From Candidatus Poribacteria bacterium (GTDB taxonomy: Bacteria; Poribacteria; WGA-4E; WGA-3G): a stretch of 64,000 nt of DNA. A program made the position numbers and the translations under genes. Positions 20,544 through 28,643 of the stretch are shown piece by piece. Location of the stretch: assembly GCA_965198235.1 (NCBI GenBank), contig OZ240248.1, positions 4,160,001 to 4,224,000 on the forward strand, read 5' to 3'. Below the pieces are notes generated by a model. It had not been told where the DNA came from. It worked only from the letters and a program-made list of their open reading frames with translations, and did no database searches. The stretch's first letter is position 1. Every line of letters starts with the position of its first letter.

Positions 20544-22487
20544 ATGAAACGAGAAACCCCAAAAATGCCAAACAGAAACGTCAGCTTCCGCGCTGTCCTA
20601 CTTGCACTCCTCATCACTATCCCGAACTCCTACTGGCTCATGATCAACTGGGGTCCCAGCGGTTATGGCACAGGTCAGAGTTTCCCAACTGTCTCCACCG
20701 TTTACTTCAACGTCATTTTCGTTGTACTAATCTTGATGGCGGTAAATCCCTTGCTCCGAGCAATCGGGAAAAATGCAAGCCTCACCGATGCCGAGTTGAT
20801 GGTGGTCTACCTACTCGTATCCATCGCTTCCTCCATCGCAGGACACGACACACTCCAGATATTGTGGCCCCTGCTCACCTATCCCATCTGGTTCGCGAGT
20901 CCAGAGAATGAATGGGGTGAACTGTTTCATCGTCACATGCCAGATTGGCTCACCATCAAAGAACGGAACGTGCTGGCAACCTTCTATCAAGGGGACTCCT
21001 CACTTCACACTGTCCAACATTTAGAACTCTGGCTACCGCCTGTGCTCTGGTGGTCCGCCCTCATCATCGTGCTAACGGGCATGATGCTCTGCATAACAAT
21101 CCTCATCCGACACCAATGGGTGAACCACGAAAAACTCAGCTACCCCGTCATTCAGATTCCACTTCACTTGACAGAAAACGGCGGACGCGTCCTCCTGACC
21201 AATCGGCTGTTTCTGTTAGGGGTTGTACTCGCTGGTGGGATAAACCTCCTTAACGGTCTCCACTTTCTATTCCCCGTCGTGCCGGGATTAGGAGGGAGTC
21301 TCTACAACTTAGGGCAGTATTTTCAGACAAAACCACTAAACGCCATCGGCAGGCTGCCCATCGCCGTCTATCCATTTGCTATCGGGATGAGTTTTTTTAT
21401 TCCGTTGGAACTCTCGTTCTCTATCTGGTTTTTTTACCTCTTCCACAAAACGACGCGCGTATGGGGCACGATGGCAGGTATCGGACATCTACCGGGATTC
21501 CCATTTCTCGATGCGCAATCCTTCGGTGCCTGGTTCTGCTTAGGGATCTCCGCGATATGGCTTACCCGAAAGTTCATCGTACGGCAGGTAAAAAACGCCT
21601 TCCGAGGCGGCAATGTCGAACCAGACACAATGGGTACACCTTCAGCACATACCCGATACGCGATCATCGGGTTGATAGTCGGTAGCATCTTCATCCTTGT
21701 GTTCTTCAAAAGCGCAGGCACACCGATCTTCAGCACTCTCGGCTATTTTACACTCTTCTTTGCGTTAGCCATCGCCATTACCCGTATTCGTGCTGAAGTC
21801 GGACCCCCCGCACACGATGTGCCGTGGAGACCGGATAAGGTCCTTGTCTCCTTTCTCGGCACTCGCCGCATTGGCGCAGAGGGATTAACCACGTTTAGTA
21901 TGTTTCACGGTTTCAACCGATCCTATCGCTCCCATCCGATGCCGATTATGTTGGAGGGCTTCAAGGTGGCACAGGTCCGTGGGTTATCGCACAATCGTTT
22001 TATCGTTGCCATCATCTTGGTGACTATCGTCGGAACGATCTCATCAGCGTGGGCATATTACGCACAAGGCTATCATTACGGGGCGGCAGTCTATGGTGAG
22101 CAGGCACAATGCCGCTGGACCTACGAGCAGCTGAAGCAGTGGCTCATTAACCCGCAATCCATAGATGTCGGTGCGGTCTCCGCCTCTGGTGGCGCGATCA
22201 CCTTAACAACGCTCCTGATGGTGCTACGCCGCCGTTTCATCTGGTGGCCCTTCCATCCTGCAGGCTACGCCTTGTCACTCAGCTTTTGGAACACAAGTTG
22301 GTATTGGTTCTCGATCTTCTTGTCATGGGGAATAAAAGCGATTCTCTTTCAGGCGGGAGGACTACGCACCTATCGTCGTGCGATGCCGTTCTTCATAGGT
22401 TTAGTCATTGGTGAGTTTCTCCTTGGAGCCATCTGGACATTAATCGGCATCGCCTTAGAACGTCCGATGTATCGGTTCATGTTCTAA
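20544..22487 (+). CDS. Polytopic membrane protein, putative OPT-like peptide transporter (DUF6785/DUF6784-like)
   Basis: Many TM segments; QW..HEKLSYP, RIRAEVG, WWPFHPAGY motifs. Confidence 0.7.
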   Translation: MKRETPKMPNRNVSFRAVLLALLITIPNSYWLMINWGPSGYGTGQSFPTVSTVYFNVIFVVLILMAVNPLLRAIGKNASLTDAELMVVYLLVSIASSIAGHDTLQILWPLLTYPIWFASPENEWGELFHRHMPDWLTIKERNVLATFYQGDSSLHTVQHLELWLPPVLWWSALIIVLTGMMLCITILIRHQWVNHEKLSYPVIQIPLHLTENGGRVLLTNRLFLLGVVLAGGINLLNGLHFLFPVVPGLGGSLYNLGQYFQTKPLNAIGRLPIAVYPFAIGMSFFIPLELSFSIWFFYLFHKTTRVWGTMAGIGHLPGFPFLDAQSFGAWFCLGISAIWLTRKFIVRQVKNAFRGGNVEPDTMGTPSAHTRYAIIGLIVGSIFILVFFKSAGTPIFSTLGYFTLFFALAIAITRIRAEVGPPAHDVPWRPDKVLVSFLGTRRIGAEGLTTFSMFHGFNRSYRSHPMPIMLEGFKVAQVRGLSHNRFIVAIILVTIVGTISSAWAYYAQGYHYGAAVYGEQAQCRWTYEQLKQWLINPQSIDVGAVSASGGAITLTTLLMVLRRRFIWWPFHPAGYALSLSFWNTSWYWFSIFLSWGIKAILFQAGGLRTYRRAMPFFIGLVIGEFLLGAIWTLIGIALERPMYRFMF

Positions 22488-22545
22488 TTTTTAATTGATG
22501 GGCATCTTATCTGCGCTCCATTACATTACGCGCAGGTTTCCGATC
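22488..22545. repeat. Partial family A repeat
   Basis: TTTTTAATTGATGGG...GCTCCATTACATTACGC as at 60708. Confidence 0.5.
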
Positions 22546-22604
22546 ATCCTATGCCGCTTCTTTAAAATCAAGCAGTTTCTTTAACAATATCTGAGGAACA
22601 CACA

Positions 22605-23435
22605 ATGAGACTTAGTTGCCTCCCCGTCTCCCTTTACGATGACATCTTCACAGGAAAAAGCACCGTCGCCGATTGGATTCAGTTCGGTGCAGAATTAGGA
22701 CTGGATGCAGTCGATTTCAGTATCAAATTCTTCCCAAAGCGCGACGCAGAAACGGTAAAAAACACACGCACCGCTCTCGAAAGGTTCAGTATAGAACCGT
22801 GTATGCTCGCCTGTTATTGCGACTTCACACACCCCGACGCAGCACAACGCGCACAGGAGTTAACCGACCTGAAGGCGGACATCGAACTGGCAAAAGCGTT
22901 GGGAGCAAAATTCATTCGGGTGACAGCAGGACAAAACCATCCCGGCACCGGACGTGAAGCAGGCGTGCGTTGGGTAACAGACGGATTTCGTCGTGCCCTT
23001 GACGAAGCGGAAAAGCACGGTATCACCCTCGCCTACGAGAATCATACCAAAGGCGCACCTTGGGATTATTGGGATTTCTCACAACCCACAGAGATTTTCT
23101 TAGAAATCTTAGACGCGCTTTCCGACACACCCCTCGGCGTTTGCTTCGACACCGCAAACCCGCTCGTCCTCGGTGAAGATGTACTCGCACTTCTGGATAA
23201 CGTTATCCACCGGGTCGTCGTGCTACATATTTTCGATCTGCGTGCAGTTAGGGTGTTTGAACCTGTCCGCGTCGGCACTGGTGCCTCACCGATTCCGCAA
23301 ATTTTTTCGCGCCTGAGACAAATAGGCTACGACAACTGGCTTAGCATCGAGGAAGCCAGCCGTTCAGGACAGGAAGGGTTTGAACAGTCAATCGCCTATG
23401 TCCAAAACGCTTGGGAACAGGCATTATCCGCGTGA
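22605..23435 (+). CDS. Sugar phosphate isomerase/epimerase (xylose isomerase-like TIM barrel)
   Basis: LAYENH, CFDTAN, H.FD, WLSIE. Confidence 0.9.
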   Translation: MRLSCLPVSLYDDIFTGKSTVADWIQFGAELGLDAVDFSIKFFPKRDAETVKNTRTALERFSIEPCMLACYCDFTHPDAAQRAQELTDLKADIELAKALGAKFIRVTAGQNHPGTGREAGVRWVTDGFRRALDEAEKHGITLAYENHTKGAPWDYWDFSQPTEIFLEILDALSDTPLGVCFDTANPLVLGEDVLALLDNVIHRVVVLHIFDLRAVRVFEPVRVGTGASPIPQIFSRLRQIGYDNWLSIEEASRSGQEGFEQSIAYVQNAWEQALSA

Positions 23436-24275
23436 AGGTTCACTCATCCGCTCTTGTGCTTGGCGCGAGAGTTCAGCGAGATGCCCATCGTTTGCCCGCA
23501 CCTGTTCAAGATGTATCCACCGTTCCGGTGTCGCTGTGCGCACCATCTTCTCGCCGTACTTCCGATCGATCCAAAAGCGGGCAGACCCCGCGATATAGGC
23601 TTGCAGCGCGTCGAGTTTGCCATCAGGATACCGTTGACAGAGATTCATCGTAAACATACGCCGTCGTTTGCCACCCCCGAATGCCGCATGCTTGGTATTA
23701 TGGTTAAACAACACCAGATCGCCGGGAGTTGTCTCAAAGACCGTCGCTGGAACATCCTTCCCGTGCAACTCCCAAAAATCCTGGCTCTTCCCAGCCTGCT
23801 TAGAGAGTGCATCCGCATAGTTATCACCGAAGAGATGACTTCCGGGAATAACGCGAAGCGCGCCAGTATCGCGAGTCAGTGGATCGAGATAGAGCGCAAT
23901 CTTGATGTGCATCGGATCCTCTAACTTATGCCCACCATCTGAGTGCCACCCCGTACTGCCGACGTAAAAATTGCCGTCGCTCCCCATGTAGTTGAAATCA
24001 TCACCGAGCAACGCCTTCGCGATCCCCAAAATTCTTGGGTCATCCAGCAGTGACGACAACTCCTCACTCTGATCAATGAACGGCACGATGCAGGAACGTG
24101 CAGTGCCTTCGTGCGGTTTACCGTCATGTCCTCCGCCTCTCTCCTCCCAAACCGCTTCAAAAGCGTCCTGAATTGCGGTAATCCGATCTGCCATCAGTTG
24201 TGGGAAACTGAGATAACCGAACGTTTTGAAAAAATTAAGCTCCGAATCGGTGATGCTGAAATCGTGCTGATTCAT
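23424..24275 (-). CDS. Phytanoyl-CoA dioxygenase (PhyH) family protein
   Basis: FFKTFGYL, WHSD, GALRVIPGSH, PGDLVLF...H. Confidence 0.92.
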   Translation of the reverse strand: MNQHDFSITDSELNFFKTFGYLSFPQLMADRITAIQDAFEAVWEERGGGHDGKPHEGTARSCIVPFIDQSEELSSLLDDPRILGIAKALLGDDFNYMGSDGNFYVGSTGWHSDGGHKLEDPMHIKIALYLDPLTRDTGALRVIPGSHLFGDNYADALSKQAGKSQDFWELHGKDVPATVFETTPGDLVLFNHNTKHAAFGGGKRRRMFTMNLCQRYPDGKLDALQAYIAGSARFWIDRKYGEKMVRTATPERWIHLEQVRANDGHLAELSRQAQERMSEPSRG

Positions 24276-24442
24276 CTCTACATCCTCCAGTGTGATACAA
24301 TGGAAACCTACATTCGGTTCCCTTAACGCCAGAAAACCTCATTACTGATACGCTATGATAGCATATTTTTCCATAATTTTGCAATCTGAACTGTGATCGA
24401 GACTCAATAGTAGGAACAACCCCCGAATCGCTACAATCTCCT

Positions 24443-24566
24443 GTAGGAGCGAGTGTTTTTGCTTGGGTCTTTGCTTAAGAAATCCGCAGGGAAATACCCT
24501 ATCAAAAACCCCAAGCAAAAACCCCAAGCAAAAACGGTATTTCTGCGGATTTCCCCATGCTCGCGA
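24443..24566. repeat. GTAG-type palindrome carrying nested CCCAAGCAAAAAC / GAAATCCGCAG inserts in both orientations
   Basis: GTAGGAGCGAG[...]ATGCTCGCGA interrupted by GTTTTTGCTTGGG...AAAAACCCCAAGCAAAAACCCCAAGCAAAAAC...GGTATTTCTGCGGATTTCCCC. Confidence 0.85.
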
Positions 24567-24618
24567 TCTTACTGACTACTGATGGCTGATTGCCAACGAC
24601 TATAACCCCAAAGAAGAC

Positions 24619-24647
24619 TTGCAAAATCCACGAATTAATGGTAATCT
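24619..24647 (+). promoter_or_regulatory. Sigma70-type promoter
   Basis: TTGCAA-17-TAATCT with TG extension upstream of the ABC permease. Confidence 0.5.
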
Positions 24648-24680
24648 AATTTAAGGTTAACATCCACTGAAAGGTTATAG

Positions 24681-25475
24681 ATGGCTCTCAATACGAATTC
24701 TTTTCCCGCCTATTTCTCACTCTTTAAAGTGACACTCCGCCAGATGTTTTGGAGTAAACGAACCGTCCTGATTCTGCTCGGATGTCTGCTATCACTCGCC
24801 ATAGCACTCGCATTCCGGTTCATAGCACGAGGCGGCGGAAGCGTCAACCGTTTCATCCCACAGATAACGTTGGCACTTTACGGGCTCTTGGTGAACCTAT
24901 CCGCAATTTTCTACGGCACCGCAATCATCTCTGATGAAATCGACGGAAAAGGCTTGACGTATCTCCAGATGCGACCGCTCCGCAAATCAACGATACTCCT
25001 TAGCAAATTCGCTGCATACCTCGTCGGGACTGTTACGCTTATCGGAACATCTCATCTGATTCTGACCGGCATTATGGTAACACATCCGAAACTACAGAAT
25101 GGCGTGTTTTTTCAGTTGGGTATGAGTCTACGCTACACTGCATCAATGACATTGGGCTTGTTAGTCTACGGGGCACTCGCTACAGTTTTGGCAGTCAAAT
25201 TCAAGAATCCAGTACTGTGGGGTCTGCTATTCGTAATGGGATGGGAAAAAATTACGTTGAGCCCAGTGATGGCGACAGGTATCAAGCGGTTATCTATATC
25301 ACACTATCTTTTTACGCTATTTCCACGCTATAAACTACCTCGAAGCGGTTTCAATGAACTTTTGGGAACATCACCACCATCAGCGTGGGTAGCACTTCTG
25401 GTAATCTTCATATTGACAGCGGTGCTGCTGTGGCTCGCCATCCGAATTTTCCGGGGACGAGAATATTTGATGTAA
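24681..25475 (+). CDS. ABC-2 type transporter permease
   Basis: About 6 TM helices; IISDEIDGKGLTYLQMRPL.K..ILLSKF. Confidence 0.85.
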   Translation: MALNTNSFPAYFSLFKVTLRQMFWSKRTVLILLGCLLSLAIALAFRFIARGGGSVNRFIPQITLALYGLLVNLSAIFYGTAIISDEIDGKGLTYLQMRPLRKSTILLSKFAAYLVGTVTLIGTSHLILTGIMVTHPKLQNGVFFQLGMSLRYTASMTLGLLVYGALATVLAVKFKNPVLWGLLFVMGWEKITLSPVMATGIKRLSISHYLFTLFPRYKLPRSGFNELLGTSPPSAWVALLVIFILTAVLLWLAIRIFRGREYLM

Positions 25476-25482
25476 GCGATCC

Positions 25483-25559
25483 TCAACCGCGCGCCTTGAG
25501 AACCTATTTTTAATCAATACAAGGGTAGGTGTGGTTTTCAACCGCGCGCCTTGAGAACC
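25483..25559. repeat. 22-bp direct repeat duplicating the ackA 3' end
   Basis: TCAACCGCGCGCCTTGAGAACC at 25483 and 25538. Confidence 0.9.
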
Positions 25560-26740
25560 CGCGCAGTCTCACGTGAGACAATCAACTCCTCATTCGTGGC
25601 AACAACCAGAATTTTGGCACGGCTGTCATTCGCCGAGAGGTCTACTTCGCCAGTAAGTTGCTCATTCTTCACAGCATCTAAGTGAATACCACACCATTCA
25701 AGCCCCTCACAGATCTTCGCTCGCGTTATTGGGCTTTTCTCACCGATACCACCAGCAAAAGCGATAACATCTACTCCCCCAAGTGCAGTGATATACGCAC
25801 CAATATATTTTTTCACACCGTAAGCGTAAGTATCCAGTGCCAATCGGGCATCATCGTTGCCTGCATCAATCGCCGCCTCTACATCACGCATATCGCCACT
25901 CGTGCCAGAGATCCCTTTCAACCCGGAATCCTCAATCAGCTGACGACGAATCTCATCAGTAGAGAACCCCTCTTTGTCGATCATATACAGCACCGCAAAC
26001 GCATCTAACTCGCCGCAACGGGTAGACTGAATCATCCCATATTGCGTAGATGTTCCCATCGATGTATCGATAGATTCCCCGTCTTTGATGGCACAGAGAG
26101 ATGAACTGCCACCGAGATGGCAAGAGATAATGCGTAACCCTTCCCCTGTCTCCTGTCCGAGCAACTGCGGCACGCGTTCAGAGATGTATCGGTGCGAAGC
26201 CCCATGGTAGCCGTAACGACGGATATCGTGCTGTTCCACCCAGAAGCGAGGCACACCGAATTCGGCGGCGTAATCCGGGATCGTCTGATGGAACCACGTC
26301 TCAAAGACTGCAACGAGTGGAGTTGTGGGAAGCAACTCCTGAAAGGCACGGATAGAGGCGATATATGCGGGGTTATGCATCGGCGCGAGCGGTGTAGATG
26401 TCTCCAACGCATCTATCACGTCTTCGGTGATTCGTGCAGAACGCCAGTACCCTCTGGCAAGAATGGTTTTGAATCCGACACCGTCCAAGTGCCCCAAGTC
26501 TTCAAGGCATCCGACTTCAGTATCAGTGATCAGATCCATCGCGTGCGCAATAGCCGCAGTATGTGTTGGTGCATCGATTTCGCCTTCGCGAGACGGTTTA
26601 CCGGGCACCGCATGTGCGAAGGCAGACGGCGAATTGCCGATACGTTCCACCCCTCCCTTGACAAGAGAGGTCGTGGTTTCCATATCAATAATTTGGTATT
26701 TGAACGAGGTACTCCCTACGTTCGCACAGAGTATACGCAT
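25538..26740 (-). CDS. ackA: Acetate/propionate kinase
   Basis: NVGSTSFKY, PLAPMHNP, RRYGYHGASH, CHLGG, GGIGE, TNEEL. Confidence 0.93.
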   Translation of the reverse strand: MRILCANVGSTSFKYQIIDMETTTSLVKGGVERIGNSPSAFAHAVPGKPSREGEIDAPTHTAAIAHAMDLITDTEVGCLEDLGHLDGVGFKTILARGYWRSARITEDVIDALETSTPLAPMHNPAYIASIRAFQELLPTTPLVAVFETWFHQTIPDYAAEFGVPRFWVEQHDIRRYGYHGASHRYISERVPQLLGQETGEGLRIISCHLGGSSSLCAIKDGESIDTSMGTSTQYGMIQSTRCGELDAFAVLYMIDKEGFSTDEIRRQLIEDSGLKGISGTSGDMRDVEAAIDAGNDDARLALDTYAYGVKKYIGAYITALGGVDVIAFAGGIGEKSPITRAKICEGLEWCGIHLDAVKNEQLTGEVDLSANDSRAKILVVATNEELIVSRETARVLKARG

Positions 26741-26778
26741 AGTGGCTTTTCGTCTCTCTTCTCAAACAAAGATACATT

Positions 26779-27038
26779 TAATGCGAGTTCAATATTAGAA
26801 TTCTCCGTAGGTTGGGTTGAGCGGTAAAAGACCAAGAACTCGCCAGTTTATACGGAGCATTCTGATTTTCGGTGAACCGTCCGTTTAGATAGAGATAGCG
26901 AAACCCAACAACCCAAACGCTACCGGTGTGAGAATACGTTGGGTTTCACTCGGGCTTTAGTAATTTCAGGTCTCTCGATGAATTTGACAGTCATCTTTTA
27001 TGTGAGTTTTCAATAAAATACCGTTCAACCCAACCTAC
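26779..27038. mobile_element. MITE/REPIN-like element family C (inverted homolog of 45865-46149)
   Basis: GTAGGTTGGGTTGA...TCAACCCAACCTAC outer arms; GAAACCCAAC...GTTGGGTTTC inner arms. Confidence 0.85.
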
Positions 27039-27336
27039 GTGCTTCATCGTCCTTGCTATTCAAAACCTTCAGAGCAGTCTCGACTTCAGCATCAATATCT
27101 TTAGCACTGAGTTCAGCAAAAGGAGAAATTCCAGCTGCAGACATCAAGTCTGAGAGATCCCATCGGGAAATGTTGAGGAGTTTCGCAGCTCTATCGGCAC
27201 TAATATCCCCATGCCGAAGAAGTTCAAGTACAAAAGCCGCTTTCGCTTTACACTCCGCATCGGTTTTGTGTTGCAAAAAACTTTCGTCAATAGGAAGTGT
27301 AAATGTGAATTGAACTTCAACTTCTGTCTTTGCCAT
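27025..27336 (-). CDS. UPF0175-like small protein (putative antitoxin)
   Basis: L.RHGDISADRAAKLLNISRWD HTH-like segment. Confidence 0.7.
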   Translation of the reverse strand: MAKTEVEVQFTFTLPIDESFLQHKTDAECKAKAAFVLELLRHGDISADRAAKLLNISRWDLSDLMSAAGISPFAELSAKDIDAEVETALKVLNSKDDEARRLG

Positions 27337-27424
27337 AGAGATTACCTCACTTACCTGTTTTGCTTTTACAAACAATTGCATTTGCCTCTAACAAGAAAAA
27401 ATTTACTTGAACTATCGGCTTAAA

Positions 27425-27832
27425 TCAAGACAGATGTGGTTCAACTACTTGCTCTACGCTTTTCTCCACAGCCGGGTTTACGTCTGTTCCGCCTTCGCGC
27501 TTAGGTTCAAAACAGTGGTCCGTGTCTGCTATTGGTTCAATCAAGAGCCGACATCCTAGCGCGCTGAGGATGGTGCCGAACGTGTCAATCCGCGGTGCTT
27601 CGTCGCTGGACAGAATGCCGGAGAGGGATTCTGGGGCGATTCCGGTTTGCTTGGCGAGTGCGGAAATCCCGCCCTGTGATTCTACGACGGTCCGCAATGC
27701 CAGCAGCAGCAAAGGTGTGTCACCGTCAACTTGGTATTCTTCAAGTGAGAATTTGAGATACCGAATTGCCGCTTCTTGATTGGCAGCAAATCGTTCAGTT
27801 AGATATGCGCGCCATGTTCTCAGCTTTCTCAT
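27425..27832 (-). CDS. Addiction module antidote protein (HigA/HI1420-like HTH)
   Basis: LLLALRTVVESQGGISALAKQTG...PRIDTFGTILSALG; ATGA overlap with toxin remnant. Confidence 0.88.
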   Translation of the reverse strand: MRKLRTWRAYLTERFAANQEAAIRYLKFSLEEYQVDGDTPLLLLALRTVVESQGGISALAKQTGIAPESLSGILSSDEAPRIDTFGTILSALGCRLLIEPIADTDHCFEPKREGGTDVNPAVEKSVEQVVEPHLS

Positions 27833-28002
27833 TGTTGTGTCTCCTTGTATTCTAACCAATAGTTTTTTGCGCGTTCAATATCCCGTGTCTGCGATGATTT
27901 ATCACCACCACAAAGCAAAAGTACAATTGTGTTATCCACTTCTCCAAAATAAACACGATAGCCTGCTCCGAAATGGATACGGAGTTCAAAAACCCCACCA
28001 CT
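27829..28002 (-). pseudogene. 5'-truncated addiction module killer (RelE/HigB, HI1419-like) toxin
   Basis: Manual translation GGVFELRIHFGAGYRVYFGEVDNTIVLLLCGGDKSSQTRDIERAKNYW; no N-terminal half or start. Confidence 0.85.
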
Positions 28003-28430
28003 GATGCTGCTAATCCTTCAAATAATGCATCAAAGCCAAATGAACCGCCTAAAAAGATAACTTGGATATTGTCGTTGTCTCCAAACATTAACCTATCTTT
28101 ATTCGGGAGGTCGTTTTCAAGAAGATCAATGTTTGTATACTCTTTTAATTTTTTCTTTCCTTGGACAACAGATATATTGACCTCTCCAATCTGTTTAAGG
28201 TCAATAGAAAACGTTTTGGGTCCATAGCGATGTTTTATTATTTGCTCACGGTAATAATTCTGTGTGTCAATCATTACGGTTGCATAGATGTTCAGTTCGT
28301 TATCTGTAGGTTTATCAATATCAGTTGCCTAAAAATAAACAACTTTTACAACAGGATTTACATTCTCAACCCCTGAATGTGCTCTTGACATAGATAAGGC
28401 TGCAAGTAGTAGAATTGTGATAAACTTCAT
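28003..28430 (-). pseudogene. Truncated secreted-protein gene with internal TAG
   Basis: MKFITILLLAALSMSRAHSG...VVKVVYF*ATD...QNYYREQIIKHRYGPKTF; AT-rich; runs into toxin remnant. Confidence 0.6.
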
Positions 28431-28643
28431 CTATGGTTCCTTCTCTTGTTTGTAAGTGTTTTGGAGGCTGTGTCGTCGCTGACCTCTCCGCTAGTGATAG
28501 TAGAAATGGCTACGTAACCGCTATTGAATTTTAACTTCTATCTTTGCCATACAGATTACCCCACTTATCATCTCCTTTTTCAAACAGCGGAATGTGTCCG
28601 GAACAGACACATCTTTCCAACCGAACACATTACGCATATCATA

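Noticed and set aside
24490-24540. Possible CRISPR array from repeated CCCAAGCAAAAAC
   Set aside because: Units are 13 nt, adjacent, have no unique spacers, and no cas genes are present
27852-28274. 140-aa ORF as a real gene
   Set aside because: Chimera of a pseudogene fragment and an off-frame read of the toxin remnant
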